Below are positions 1-8,972 of a DNA stretch of 64,000 nucleotides, piece by piece; position 1 is the stretch's first letter; every line of letters begins with the position of its first letter. The position numbers and the translations under genes were made by a program. This DNA comes from an uncultured archaeon (GTDB taxonomy: Archaea; Thermoproteota; Nitrososphaeria_A; Caldarchaeales; Wolframiiraptoraceae): NCBI GenBank assembly GCA_938083505.1, contig CALKCF010000001.1:17388-81387 (forward strand), written 5' to 3'. The notes under the pieces are model-generated. The model had not been told where the DNA came from. It did not search any database and was given only the letters and a program-made list of their open reading frames with translations.

Positions 1-1
1 T

Positions 2-370
2 TACGGTGAGCAGGCTGTGAGGGAGGCTTTGAGGAGTGGAATGCTTGAAACGCTACTCATCTCTGAAGACTTGGACAGAGTCGAGGTAAGGGTCGAGTGT
101 AGTAATTGCAGATACATCAAAACGGAGACACTAAGCAGCGACGAGGTTCAAGTGACGCTACCTAGCATTCTATCACAAAAGTGCCCATCGTGCTACAATC
201 AAACACTTCAGGTAAAGAAGATCGCTCCCTTGATAGATGTCTTAATCGATGAGGCCGAGGAAAGCGGAACAAATGTCGAGTTAATATCTGGAGGGCATGA
301 GGAAGGAGAGATGTTTAAGAAGGCATTTGGCGGGCTGGCTGGTTTCCTGAAAAGCAGGACAGGGACATAA
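2..370 (+). CDS. aRF1/Pelota-family translation termination/rescue factor, C-terminal domain (5' end cut by window edge)
   Basis: The frame is open from position 2. YGEQAVREAL...ETLLISEDL and the C-terminal ...FGGLAGFLKSR resemble the domain-3 signature of aRF1/Pelota. It contains a CxxC...CxxC zinc-ribbon insertion. Confidence 0.5.
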   Translation, partial: YGEQAVREALRSGMLETLLISEDLDRVEVRVECSNCRYIKTETLSSDEVQVTLPSILSQKCPSCYNQTLQVKKIAPLIDVLIDEAEESGTNVELISGGHEEGEMFKKAFGGLAGFLKSRTGT

Positions 371-389
371 AAACGGCGCACGTCGTATG

Positions 390-641
390 TTATTTCTTTT
401 CTCCCTCGTGCTTCATCATACAACCTTCGCATGCGCTGTTTATGACGCGCCTTATATGCCCTGGTTTGGTCTTACAGCCACATTTGATGTAGATTATACC
501 TTCTTCCTTACACAATAGGTCACCACATTCGCAGACGGTAAAAACTATACCGCTGTACCCATTCACCAAAGAATCTAGATCCAGGTCTTTAGAGTAGCTA
601 CCGCGAAAGACGTAATACATATCTCCCAAAAATATCACCAT
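390..641 (-). CDS. small cysteine-rich (zinc-ribbon-like) hypothetical protein
   Basis: 83-aa ORF that fills the gap between the aRF1-like gene and the LysE-like gene. It has CxC...C and CxC...CxxC spacing. No recognisable family, so it may be spurious. Confidence 0.25.
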   Translation of the reverse strand: MVIFLGDMYYVFRGSYSKDLDLDSLVNGYSGIVFTVCECGDLLCKEEGIIYIKCGCKTKPGHIRRVINSACEGCMMKHEGEKK

Positions 642-741
642 TAATTAGGATCCAACACCTCTACTTTTAATCTTTATACAACATACGTGTTCTAATGTCT
701 AGATTAGGGTTATTATATACGCCCGAACACAGTTAAGCAGT

Positions 742-1374
742 ATGACTTGGGATTCGCTCATACCTACTGTGATTATTGTCTCGCTCTCCGGCGCACTCGC
801 ACCTGGTCCGCTATTCTTTGCAACGGTTACTTATGGGATTAGAGGCGGAGCAAAGTCTGGCTTCATGGTTGCTCTTGGACATACCGCTTTTGAGTTCCCA
901 CTCGTCATTACCATGGCGCTGGGCATCCTATCTGTGATAAACGTGACGCAACTCAAACCCTTCATAGGGCTCATAGGCTCTGTCGCGATAATGGGGTTTG
1001 GACTCTTACAATTAAGAGGTGCACTTAGGCAGGGTGTAACACTTAACGGAAACAAAAGCTTCAAGATCCCAACCAACGCCTTTTTGGTGGGTTTACTCTT
1101 CACAGGGCTGAATCCTTTCTTTATAATTTGGTGGTTTACGGTAGGCATGAAACTCGTATTCGACTCGTTACTACTTGCATCCTTAATAGGTGTCTGTGTG
1201 ATGTACGCGTCGCATGTCTGGATAGATTATGCTTGGCTCGCATTTGTTTCACAACTCGCAAATAAAGCATCAAATTTCATCAAAGGAAGGTGGATGAGGA
1301 TGCTGATTATATCCCTGAGTATTATACTGATAGCCTTGGGAGCATTCATACTAGTAAACGTTTTATTGGGTTGA
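742..1374 (+). CDS. LysE/RhtB-type amino-acid exporter
   Basis: 210 aa with about 6 TM helices. The N-terminus SLSGALAPGPLFFATV and overall topology are typical of LysE-family translocators. Confidence 0.6.
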   Translation: MTWDSLIPTVIIVSLSGALAPGPLFFATVTYGIRGGAKSGFMVALGHTAFEFPLVITMALGILSVINVTQLKPFIGLIGSVAIMGFGLLQLRGALRQGVTLNGNKSFKIPTNAFLVGLLFTGLNPFFIIWWFTVGMKLVFDSLLLASLIGVCVMYASHVWIDYAWLAFVSQLANKASNFIKGRWMRMLIISLSIILIALGAFILVNVLLG

Positions 1375-1415
1375 ACATAGGCTAAGCATAAATCCACCTA
1401 TGTTTATTTAACTTC

Positions 1416-1733
1416 TTGAAGACCATGCTACATCCTGACCTTATAGTGATACTCATCGCATTTATAGCAACGACTTCGGCGCTTATTGTTGTTTATGTTA
1501 TGCGGGTTTACAAGGCTAAGCAAAACGTTGAGGATAGGTCCGTACTCAATCCCGACAATGTCAAAGTTACTTTACCCGAGGTGAAGTTAAAGGACACTGA
1601 AGGGCTGCGTACAACTATACTTGAGTTTAAAGGTAGAAAAAACTCGGAGGTGGAAGAACTTTTTGAGAGACTTAATATGACGAAAGAATCTCTCAAGAAG
1701 CTTATGGAGGAATTGGATGATGCAAACCGCTAG
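1416..1733 (+). CDS. hypothetical single-TM protein with charged coiled-coil tail
   Basis: 105-aa ORF with an N-terminal hydrophobic helix followed by a K/E-rich segment. It overlaps the rpiA start by 17 nt. Confidence 0.3.
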   Translation: MKTMLHPDLIVILIAFIATTSALIVVYVMRVYKAKQNVEDRSVLNPDNVKVTLPEVKLKDTEGLRTTILEFKGRKNSEVEELFERLNMTKESLKKLMEELDDANR

Positions 1734-2427
1734 CGACGATAGGATATTAAATGCTAGGATAGCAGCGATCACAGACGTTCTATCTAAGGAGATATATGAT
1801 GAAATGATCATCGGCATAGGTAGCGGATCGACAATCGAGATGTTGCTCAAGGAGCTGGGAAAGTTTGTGAAAGAAAGGAGCTTAAATATAGTCGTCATTC
1901 CGTCCTCATACCGCTCGCACATGTTGGCCGTCGCTGAGGGGTTGAGGACGGCGACGCTTTATGAATACAGCGATCTTGACCTAACAATTGACAGTTTTGA
2001 CGAGGCAGATGAAGAAAACAACGTAATCAAAGGCGGGGGTGCAGCATTAACTAGAGAGAAGGTAATCGCCCAAGCTGCTAGCCGCGTGGTTTACGTCGCA
2101 GATTATGCAAAGATGAAGAAGATCCTCAGCATGCCTGTACCGCTTGAGGTGCTTCCCTTCGCTCTACCGCATGTTAAGAACACTGTTAAGAGACTTGGCG
2201 GCGAACTCAAGCCCAGATATGGCACTGGAAAGTTCGGGCCGGTATTCTCCGATAACGGGAACATGATAGCAGATGCCGATTTTGGTGAATTGAAAGACCC
2301 ACGGAGACTTGAGGTAGAGCTTAAGCAAATAGCAGGCGTTATCGAGAACGGAATCTTTGCAAACATTTGTCACATGACATACATAGGGCAGCAGGACGGT
2401 ACGGTGAAGAGAATAGAATGGAAGTAG
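1717..2427 (+). CDS. rpiA: ribose-5-phosphate isomerase A
   Basis: 236 aa. The IGIGSGSTIEMLLKELG motif and the conserved C-terminal GVIENGIF are characteristic of RpiA. Confidence 0.85.
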   Translation: MMQTASDDRILNARIAAITDVLSKEIYDEMIIGIGSGSTIEMLLKELGKFVKERSLNIVVIPSSYRSHMLAVAEGLRTATLYEYSDLDLTIDSFDEADEENNVIKGGGAALTREKVIAQAASRVVYVADYAKMKKILSMPVPLEVLPFALPHVKNTVKRLGGELKPRYGTGKFGPVFSDNGNMIADADFGELKDPRRLEVELKQIAGVIENGIFANICHMTYIGQQDGTVKRIEWK

Positions 2428-2489
2428 ACATAAATTTATTCCGGTTAGGAAATCGCTTATTAGGCGGTGAGTAGGATAAAGTAGACAGG

Positions 2490-2566
2490 GCCGCCGTAAC
2501 TTAGCCTGGCCAGAGTGGGGGGCTCATAATCCCTTGGCGTGGGTTCAAATCCCACCGGCGGCACCA
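2490..2566 (+). tRNA. tRNA-Met (anticodon CAT), intron-less, CCA encoded
   Basis: Hand-folded: acceptor GCCGCCG/CGGCGGC, D stem ACTT/GAGT, anticodon loop CUCAUAA, T arm GTGGG-TTCAAAT-CCCAC, discriminator A, then CCA. Confidence 0.85.
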
Positions 2567-2588
2567 CTATTAGCCTACCAATAATGTA

Positions 2589-2606
2589 AACCTATAAATA
2601 TAGGTT
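2589..2606. repeat. 18-bp AT-rich perfect palindrome AACCTATAAATATAGGTT between convergent genes
   Basis: Read directly from the sequence. It lies 3' of both tRNA-Met and the minus-strand tautomerase gene, so it may be a termination or protein-binding site. Confidence 0.4.
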
Positions 2607-2645
2607 CTTAGTCTTGGAGTAGCAAATTTCGTAATGTTGCATTAG

Positions 2646-2849
2646 CTACGGTATCTTTACATCCTTGAACTTCTCGCTAGCCTGCTGCCCGGCTATGCCC
2701 CAATTTTCCATTGGGTCTTCATGGATTATGATCTCGACAGCTTCCGCAGGGATACCCAACGTTGTAAAAACCTTGGTTATACCCTCTATCACTTTTTTCT
2801 TTGCCTCACTTGAGAAACCTTTCCATACATATGTATGAACTACTGGCAT
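2646..2849 (-). CDS. 4-oxalocrotonate tautomerase-family protein
   Basis: 67 aa starting MP(V), the catalytic Pro1 signature. The tautomerase fold is about 60-70 aa. Confidence 0.7.
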   Translation of the reverse strand: MPVVHTYVWKGFSSEAKKKVIEGITKVFTTLGIPAEAVEIIIHEDPMENWGIAGQQASEKFKDVKIP

Positions 2850-2988
2850 GATCCAGTCTATTGTTACAATATGAGGATTTGTATAAAAATTTTAGCTAAA
2901 ATTCTGAAATTCGAAAATGGAAGAAAAGTCCGCAGATATCTATAACTAAAAAGAAAGATTTAATTAGCAACCCATCAACAAAATATTT

Positions 2989-4857
2989 TTGATGTCAGAG
3001 GTAATATTAAAAGTTGATTTAACGAAAGGAGCCATTACTAAAGAAACAATTGATCCAAATATTCTGAAAAAGTTCATGGGCAACAAAGGACTTGCCGCAT
3101 ACTACTTGTTTAATGAGATACCGCCAAGAGTTCCTGCATTCAGTGCCGAGAATAAGGTAGCTATAATGTGTGGCCCCCTGATAGGTACTGTTGTACCTAG
3201 CTCTGTAAAGTTCTGTGTGGCAACAAAGTCGCCCCTTACTGGAGGTTGGACCGATGGGTACGCGAGCGGGACATGGGCTGATATGCTAAGGGCTGCGGGC
3301 TACTATGGTATAATAATTGGAGGCATAGCTGAGAAGCCGACTTATCTTTACATAGAGGACGATAAGGTTGAGCTCCGCGATGCATCTGACATATGGGGTG
3401 CAAACACTTACGAAACGATAAGGTTATTGAAGGAGAGGCACCGCTCCGATATAGAGCCTAGAGTTTTGACGATAGGTCCTGCCGCTGAAAAGCTAGGGCT
3501 TATAACGACAATCATAGCTGAGTACAGGGCTGCGGGCCGTGGTGGTGTCGCCAGCGTCCTAGGTTTTAAGAAGCTAAAGGCAATAGTCGTTAAGGGTCAC
3601 AAGGAGGTAAAAGTTGCAAACCCAGAGAAACTAGAGGAAGCGGCAAAGGCTGCTAGGGAGAAGCTGATAAAGAACCCAATAACCGGTGCGAGAGGAAGGC
3701 ACCAGCAGATGGGCACATCGAACATAGTGCTTGGTGTGAATGCGGCAGGTGCCCTTCCGACTAGGAACTTCCAGACAGGAGTCTTCGAATATGCAGAGGA
3801 GATAAGCGGTGAGAGCTTCAGGGACACACTGTGGATGGGAGGAAGTAGGAGGAGGCCATGTCCAAGGTGCATAAACCAATGCACACATCTTGCTGTCATA
3901 GAGTCCGGAAAGTGGGCAGGAATTGTGGACGAGGGACCTGACTACGAGAACCTAGTTATGCTCGGCTCAAACTGTGGTGTTGCAGACAAGAACACGATAG
4001 CGACAGCTGAGTTCCTCTGTGACGTCTACGGTCTTGATGGTATATCGGCAGGAAACACGATAGGCTTCCTGATGGAGTGCTTCGAGAAGGGCCTAATAAC
4101 AAAGGAGGATACTGATGGCGTAAACCTTAGGTTCGGTAACGAGGATGCGCTAATAGAGGCGCTGATTAGGGGAGGGACCATCACAGGTAAGCTCGGCAAG
4201 CTCGTTGCAATGGGTGTAAGAAGGGCAGCAGATGTGATAGGCCAAGGATCGCAGAAGTTCGCGATGCATGTTAAGGGACTGGAGATGCCGGCTTACGAGC
4301 CTAGGGCTGCGTTCGGCATGGGACTTGCCTATGCAAGGTCAGATAGAGGTGCCTGTCACTTAAGACCGTGGACGTTTGGAGCAGAATGTCTGGGCCTTGC
4401 ACCTAGAGAGGTCCCGTATTTACCGTACGATACGCAAGGAAAGGGTGCATGGGTCAAGACGTTGAACGATGTGTTTGCTACCGTACACTGCACCGGTGTC
4501 TGTCTGTTCATCGCTTTTGGCATAGATGCCGTTGAGGATATATTGCCGATGGTCAATGCTGCGACAGGTTTCAACTACACAACTGAGGAATACCTAAAGG
4601 TCGGAGAGAGGGCGAACAACCTGACGAGGGCATTCTGGTTCAGAGAGGTGAGCGACTTTGGAAGAGATTACGACACGTTACCATGGAGGTGCCTGCATGA
4701 GCCGCTACCGTCAGGCCCGGCAAAGGGTAAGACCGTTCCTCTGGAGCCGATGTTGAACGACTACTACAAAGCATCTGGATGGGATGCAAACGGCAAGCCG
4801 ACGAAGGCTAAGCTACAAGAGCTTAGTTTAGACTTCGTTATCGATAAGATTTATTAA
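2989..4857 (+). CDS. aor: tungsten-containing aldehyde:ferredoxin oxidoreductase family enzyme
   Basis: 622 aa. Both the N-terminal AOR_N domain and the C-terminal pterin-binding domains are recognisable, including cysteine ligands for the 4Fe-4S cluster. Confidence 0.85.
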   Translation: MMSEVILKVDLTKGAITKETIDPNILKKFMGNKGLAAYYLFNEIPPRVPAFSAENKVAIMCGPLIGTVVPSSVKFCVATKSPLTGGWTDGYASGTWADMLRAAGYYGIIIGGIAEKPTYLYIEDDKVELRDASDIWGANTYETIRLLKERHRSDIEPRVLTIGPAAEKLGLITTIIAEYRAAGRGGVASVLGFKKLKAIVVKGHKEVKVANPEKLEEAAKAAREKLIKNPITGARGRHQQMGTSNIVLGVNAAGALPTRNFQTGVFEYAEEISGESFRDTLWMGGSRRRPCPRCINQCTHLAVIESGKWAGIVDEGPDYENLVMLGSNCGVADKNTIATAEFLCDVYGLDGISAGNTIGFLMECFEKGLITKEDTDGVNLRFGNEDALIEALIRGGTITGKLGKLVAMGVRRAADVIGQGSQKFAMHVKGLEMPAYEPRAAFGMGLAYARSDRGACHLRPWTFGAECLGLAPREVPYLPYDTQGKGAWVKTLNDVFATVHCTGVCLFIAFGIDAVEDILPMVNAATGFNYTTEEYLKVGERANNLTRAFWFREVSDFGRDYDTLPWRCLHEPLPSGPAKGKTVPLEPMLNDYYKASGWDANGKPTKAKLQELSLDFVIDKIY

Positions 4858-4878
4858 ATCCCCACCTTTTTATATTTT

Positions 4879-5175
4879 TTGGTGAAGAAAAATTTGGAGG
4901 CGGTAGCCGAGAAAGGGGAAGTTATTGTTAAGTTCATGGGTGTTTTGAGGGATACTGCAGGTCCAGAGATTATGGTGCCCATCAAGGGCAAATCAAGGAT
5001 ATCAGACGTTTTGCAGGATGTTCAGAAAAAGCTTGAACCCTTGATGGATAAAAACCTGTTGAGTAAAATATTGAAGTATTCTAGGCTCGTGCTGAATGGT
5101 GTCTATGCGCCCGATGAGGCAGAGATAAAACCTGGCGACGTTTTGATGATAATAAGCCCTGCAGCTGGAGGATAG
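4879..5175 (+). CDS. MoaD/ThiS-fold ubiquitin-like small protein ending in Gly-Gly (SAMP-like)
   Basis: 98 aa with a TTG start and a C-terminal ...ISPAAGG followed by a stop. It sits immediately downstream of the tungstopterin enzyme gene. Confidence 0.6.
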   Translation: MVKKNLEAVAEKGEVIVKFMGVLRDTAGPEIMVPIKGKSRISDVLQDVQKKLEPLMDKNLLSKILKYSRLVLNGVYAPDEAEIKPGDVLMIISPAAGG

Positions 5176-5360
5176 TATAGTTCTGAATATACCAAGTATA
5201 GTGGGCTTTATTAGTTTAGCATGCAGGAAAAATTAGCATGATTTTGAACTAATTGTAGGTGGCATATAATACCATGGATTCAGAGCTCAAAATGGTACTC
5301 AATTAGCGTTTGACGTATGCGTTAACAAACAGTAATATTAAGGAATTAAACTTTTGAATC

Positions 5361-6119
5361 ATGAGGGACATGCTCTGTAAAAATTACAGAATAGTACACA
5401 TATCCGATACGCACATCACAAAGCATGGCCAGTTTGATGAAAACGTATTTAATATGGGTCTCGAAGCGCTTGACATGCTCAGCCCGAAACCAGATATTTT
5501 AGTGCACACAGGAGATTTGACGGATAATGGCATCCTTCCAGACTATGAGTTGGCGGTGGATAAACTCAAATCTGTGAAGTACAGATACATAGTAGCACCG
5601 GGCAATCATGATGAAAGGAACTATGGCCATTCCCTATTCAAGGAGATGTTTGGATCGTTGGATTTCGAAGTGGATGACGAATTGGCAAAGTTCGTGGTTC
5701 TGAACTCACCAGAACCTGATAGGGATGAAGGAAGGCTGGGAAGGCGCAGACAAGTTTATTTAGAAGAGATTCTGAAGTCAACGCCGGCAAAAAAATTAAA
5801 GGTCGTAGTTTTTCATCACCATCTAGTGCCCGTTCCTTACTCCGGAAGGGAAGTGAACGTTTTGGAAGACGCTGGCGATGTACTTGACATAATTATTCAA
5901 AACCGCGTCAACTTAGTGCTAATGGGACATAGACATGTAAGACATGCGATCAAGATAGAGGAGACAGTTCTCGTAAACGCAGGAACATTTTCATGCGTAA
6001 GGACGAGGGGGCATTTTCTCCACTCATTTAACGTTATAGATATATTGAGCGATGGTACTATAAAAGTCTCGGAAGTTGACATAAGGACCAAGGAGGAGAG
6101 GCTGTTAAAGCGTTTTTAA
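5361..6119 (+). CDS. calcineurin-like metallophosphoesterase
   Basis: The HISDTH, GDLTDNG, GNHDE, HHH and GHRH motifs are all present. Confidence 0.75.
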   Translation: MRDMLCKNYRIVHISDTHITKHGQFDENVFNMGLEALDMLSPKPDILVHTGDLTDNGILPDYELAVDKLKSVKYRYIVAPGNHDERNYGHSLFKEMFGSLDFEVDDELAKFVVLNSPEPDRDEGRLGRRRQVYLEEILKSTPAKKLKVVVFHHHLVPVPYSGREVNVLEDAGDVLDIIIQNRVNLVLMGHRHVRHAIKIEETVLVNAGTFSCVRTRGHFLHSFNVIDILSDGTIKVSEVDIRTKEERLLKRF

Positions 6120-6266
6120 AGCTGGTGCTTAGAAAATGAGAACCTCACGATATAGAACTTTATACTTCGCCCAGTAAGACGATTGTCTTTTTATGAAAGG
6201 AAGGTTTTTATTAGAATTCAGCAAACAAATTAAGGTTTAACAAAATGTAGTTGGAGGTCAAAAAAA

Positions 6267-8918
6267 GTGTACAATAAGATACGCATCGAGAAGGTAATCA
6301 AGAGGGATGGCAGAATCGTCGAGTTTGATACCAACAGAATATCAGAGGCAATTAGGAAAGCCATGGTTTCGACAAACCAGTATGACCCAAAAACCCATTC
6401 GGAAGTCTTGAACTACGTTTTGAGACTATTAAACGAAAAGTTTGCTGACGGACGCATACCACACGTTGAGGAGATACAGGACATAGTTGAGCTTTCCCTC
6501 GTCAAGTTCGATTTATATGAAGTAGCGAAGGCCTACATCCTTTACAGAAAAGAGAGGGAGAGAATAAGGGAAGAAAAGAAAAAGATACTTGAAAAGGACT
6601 ATGTCGATGAGGTCGATAAGGCATTCTCATTAAACGCTCTCAGGTTGATGGCGTCCAGGTATTTGCTTAGGGATGAGAGTGGCAAGCTAATCGAAGGCCC
6701 AAAACAGATGTTCCAAAGAGTTGCCGCCCTTGTTACGATACCTGACATCTTATATGATGAGCTGGTGTTCTCAAAAACAGGAGGTCAGAAGATCCGTGAA
6801 AAAGAGGACTTTAACCCGTTAGAATGGACCAGTAAACTTGTATTGGAAACTGGAGATGGTGGACAGAAGATCGTTTGGAATGAATGGCATCTTGAACGCA
6901 TGAAGCATCTTTATGATGAACTTAACTCACAAGGAAAGATGAAAGTTAGTTGGAGTGAATTTCTCAAACTTTTCCAGAATGGTGCTTTTAAGCATGTTCT
7001 TAAAAACTTTGAAAATTATTACAATCTAATGGTTAGTAAAAAATTCATGCCAAACAGCCCTACATTATTTAACGCCGGTACAAGGTTAGGTCAACTTTCT
7101 GCATGTTTTGTCCTCGATATACACGACAACATAGAGTCGATAATGGATGCAGCCAAAGAGGCTGCCCTCATATTCAAGTCTGGTGGCGGGGTTGGCATAA
7201 ACTACTCTAAGCTGAGGCCTGAGGGAGACCTTGTTTTCTCAACTTCTGGCGTTGCATCGGGTCCGGTATCTTTCATGAAGATAATTGATACCGTTACAGA
7301 AGTGGTTAAACAAGGAGGTAAGAGAAGAGGTGCCAATATGGGCATACTTGAGGTATGGCATCCTGACATAGAGAAGTTCATAAGTTCGAAGATGACCGAG
7401 GGGTACCTTGAGAACTTTAACATATCAGTATTGATAACTCCGGACTTTTGGGAAAGTTACGAAGCTAAAAAACCGTACCCGCTGATAAACCCCAGGACGA
7501 AGACTGTTTGGAAGACTGTAGATCCTATCAGGCTTTTCAGGTCGATAGCCGAGGCTGCATGGAAGACTGCAGATCCTGGTGTGATTTTCTTAGAAAACCT
7601 AAACCGGAGAAATCCGTTAAAGAAGTGTTTTAGTTACATAAGAGCTACGAATCCATGTGGCGAGCAACCGTTATATCCCTATGAATCATGCAATCTTGGC
7701 TCCATAAATCTATACGCTTTCGTACGTCATACACCCAATGGACCCGTATTAGATTGGGAAGAACTTTCTAAGACCGTAAGACTCAGCGTTAGGTTTCTGG
7801 ACAATGTAATAGACGTCAATAAATATCCTTTAGAAAGCATAGAGAAAATGACAAAAAGAACAAGGAGGATCGGCCTAGGGATAATGGGGCTGGCAGACAC
7901 ACTTTACGCGCTTAAGATTCCGTACAATAGCGAAGAAGGGTTTGCCATGATGAGTAGGATCATGGAGTTCATAGAATTCCACGCCATGTTGGAATCCGTT
8001 GAGTTAGCAAAAGAGAGGGGCACATTCCCAGAGTTTCAAAATTCGAGCTATGTGGACGGTGAGCTGCCAATAGAGGGATACTATCATAGGGAATGGTGGA
8101 CATTGAACTGGGAGGAGGTTGCGATCGCAATAAAGAACCATGGAATAAGGAACTCTCACGTCACTACAGTCGCACCAACCGGCAGCATATCGATGCTTGT
8201 GGATACGTCTTCAGGTCTTGAGCCGCAGTTTGCTCTTGTCTTTGAAAAGAGAGTCACCGTCGGCACGTTCTATTACTGTGATGTTGAGTTTGAGAGGCAA
8301 CTCAAAGATGCGGGGCTGTATAGTGATACCTTACTAAAAAAGGTTGCTGAAAATGGCGGATCGGTTCAAGGATTGGAAGAAATCCCAGAGGAGATGAGGA
8401 GAGTCTTTCTCGTTGCATACGACATACCTTGGTGGGACCATATTAGAGCGCAGTTTGAGATTAGTAAATGGGTCGATGCCTCCGTAAGTAAGACTATCAA
8501 TATGCCGAGCTGGGTTACTTCTGACGACATTATGATGGCATATCTTTTCGCGTACAAGCTTGGGTTAAAAGGAATAACCGTGTATAGGGACTCCTCCAAA
8601 ACGGCACAAGTATTGGTTACACCGACGCAAAAGATGGAGAGGTATGTTGTTTTGACACCTAACAAGACTTTGAAGATCATGGAGGAGCTCGGGTTCAACG
8701 TCAATCAAATTCTGATGAAATACACTAAAGCAAATGCCGCATTTGAAAAAGTAAAACCAAAGCCTAAACCAGTGCACCTTCTCACAGTCCCTGAAAAGAT
8801 AACGAGCATGAAGGAAAAAATAGAAAAATGTCCATCTTGCGGTAGCATTAATATCCTGTACCAAGAGACCTGTGTTAAGTGCATAGATTGCGGATGGAGC
8901 AGCTGCCCAATAGCGTAG
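6267..8918 (+). CDS. nrdJ: adenosylcobalamin-dependent (class II) ribonucleotide reductase with N-terminal ATP-cone and C-terminal zinc ribbon
   Basis: 883 aa with a GTG start preceded by GGAGGT. The ATP-cone (RIEKVIKRDGRIVEFD), the catalytic region (NPCGEQPL) and the C-terminal CPSCG...CVKCIDCG are present. Its length is consistent with no intein. Confidence 0.85.
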   Translation: MYNKIRIEKVIKRDGRIVEFDTNRISEAIRKAMVSTNQYDPKTHSEVLNYVLRLLNEKFADGRIPHVEEIQDIVELSLVKFDLYEVAKAYILYRKERERIREEKKKILEKDYVDEVDKAFSLNALRLMASRYLLRDESGKLIEGPKQMFQRVAALVTIPDILYDELVFSKTGGQKIREKEDFNPLEWTSKLVLETGDGGQKIVWNEWHLERMKHLYDELNSQGKMKVSWSEFLKLFQNGAFKHVLKNFENYYNLMVSKKFMPNSPTLFNAGTRLGQLSACFVLDIHDNIESIMDAAKEAALIFKSGGGVGINYSKLRPEGDLVFSTSGVASGPVSFMKIIDTVTEVVKQGGKRRGANMGILEVWHPDIEKFISSKMTEGYLENFNISVLITPDFWESYEAKKPYPLINPRTKTVWKTVDPIRLFRSIAEAAWKTADPGVIFLENLNRRNPLKKCFSYIRATNPCGEQPLYPYESCNLGSINLYAFVRHTPNGPVLDWEELSKTVRLSVRFLDNVIDVNKYPLESIEKMTKRTRRIGLGIMGLADTLYALKIPYNSEEGFAMMSRIMEFIEFHAMLESVELAKERGTFPEFQNSSYVDGELPIEGYYHREWWTLNWEEVAIAIKNHGIRNSHVTTVAPTGSISMLVDTSSGLEPQFALVFEKRVTVGTFYYCDVEFERQLKDAGLYSDTLLKKVAENGGSVQGLEEIPEEMRRVFLVAYDIPWWDHIRAQFEISKWVDASVSKTINMPSWVTSDDIMMAYLFAYKLGLKGITVYRDSSKTAQVLVTPTQKMERYVVLTPNKTLKIMEELGFNVNQILMKYTKANAAFEKVKPKPKPVHLLTVPEKITSMKEKIEKCPSCGSINILYQETCVKCIDCGWSSCPIA

Positions 8919-8972
8919 GTTAATTTTAATATTTAAGGTCTTTACGTAAAATTTTGTCGGGAGGGGCTGACT

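Noticed and set aside
831-1148. 105-aa minus-strand ORF
   Set aside because: It is antisense inside the LysE-family gene. No family signal, and the composition is Pro/Ser-rich.
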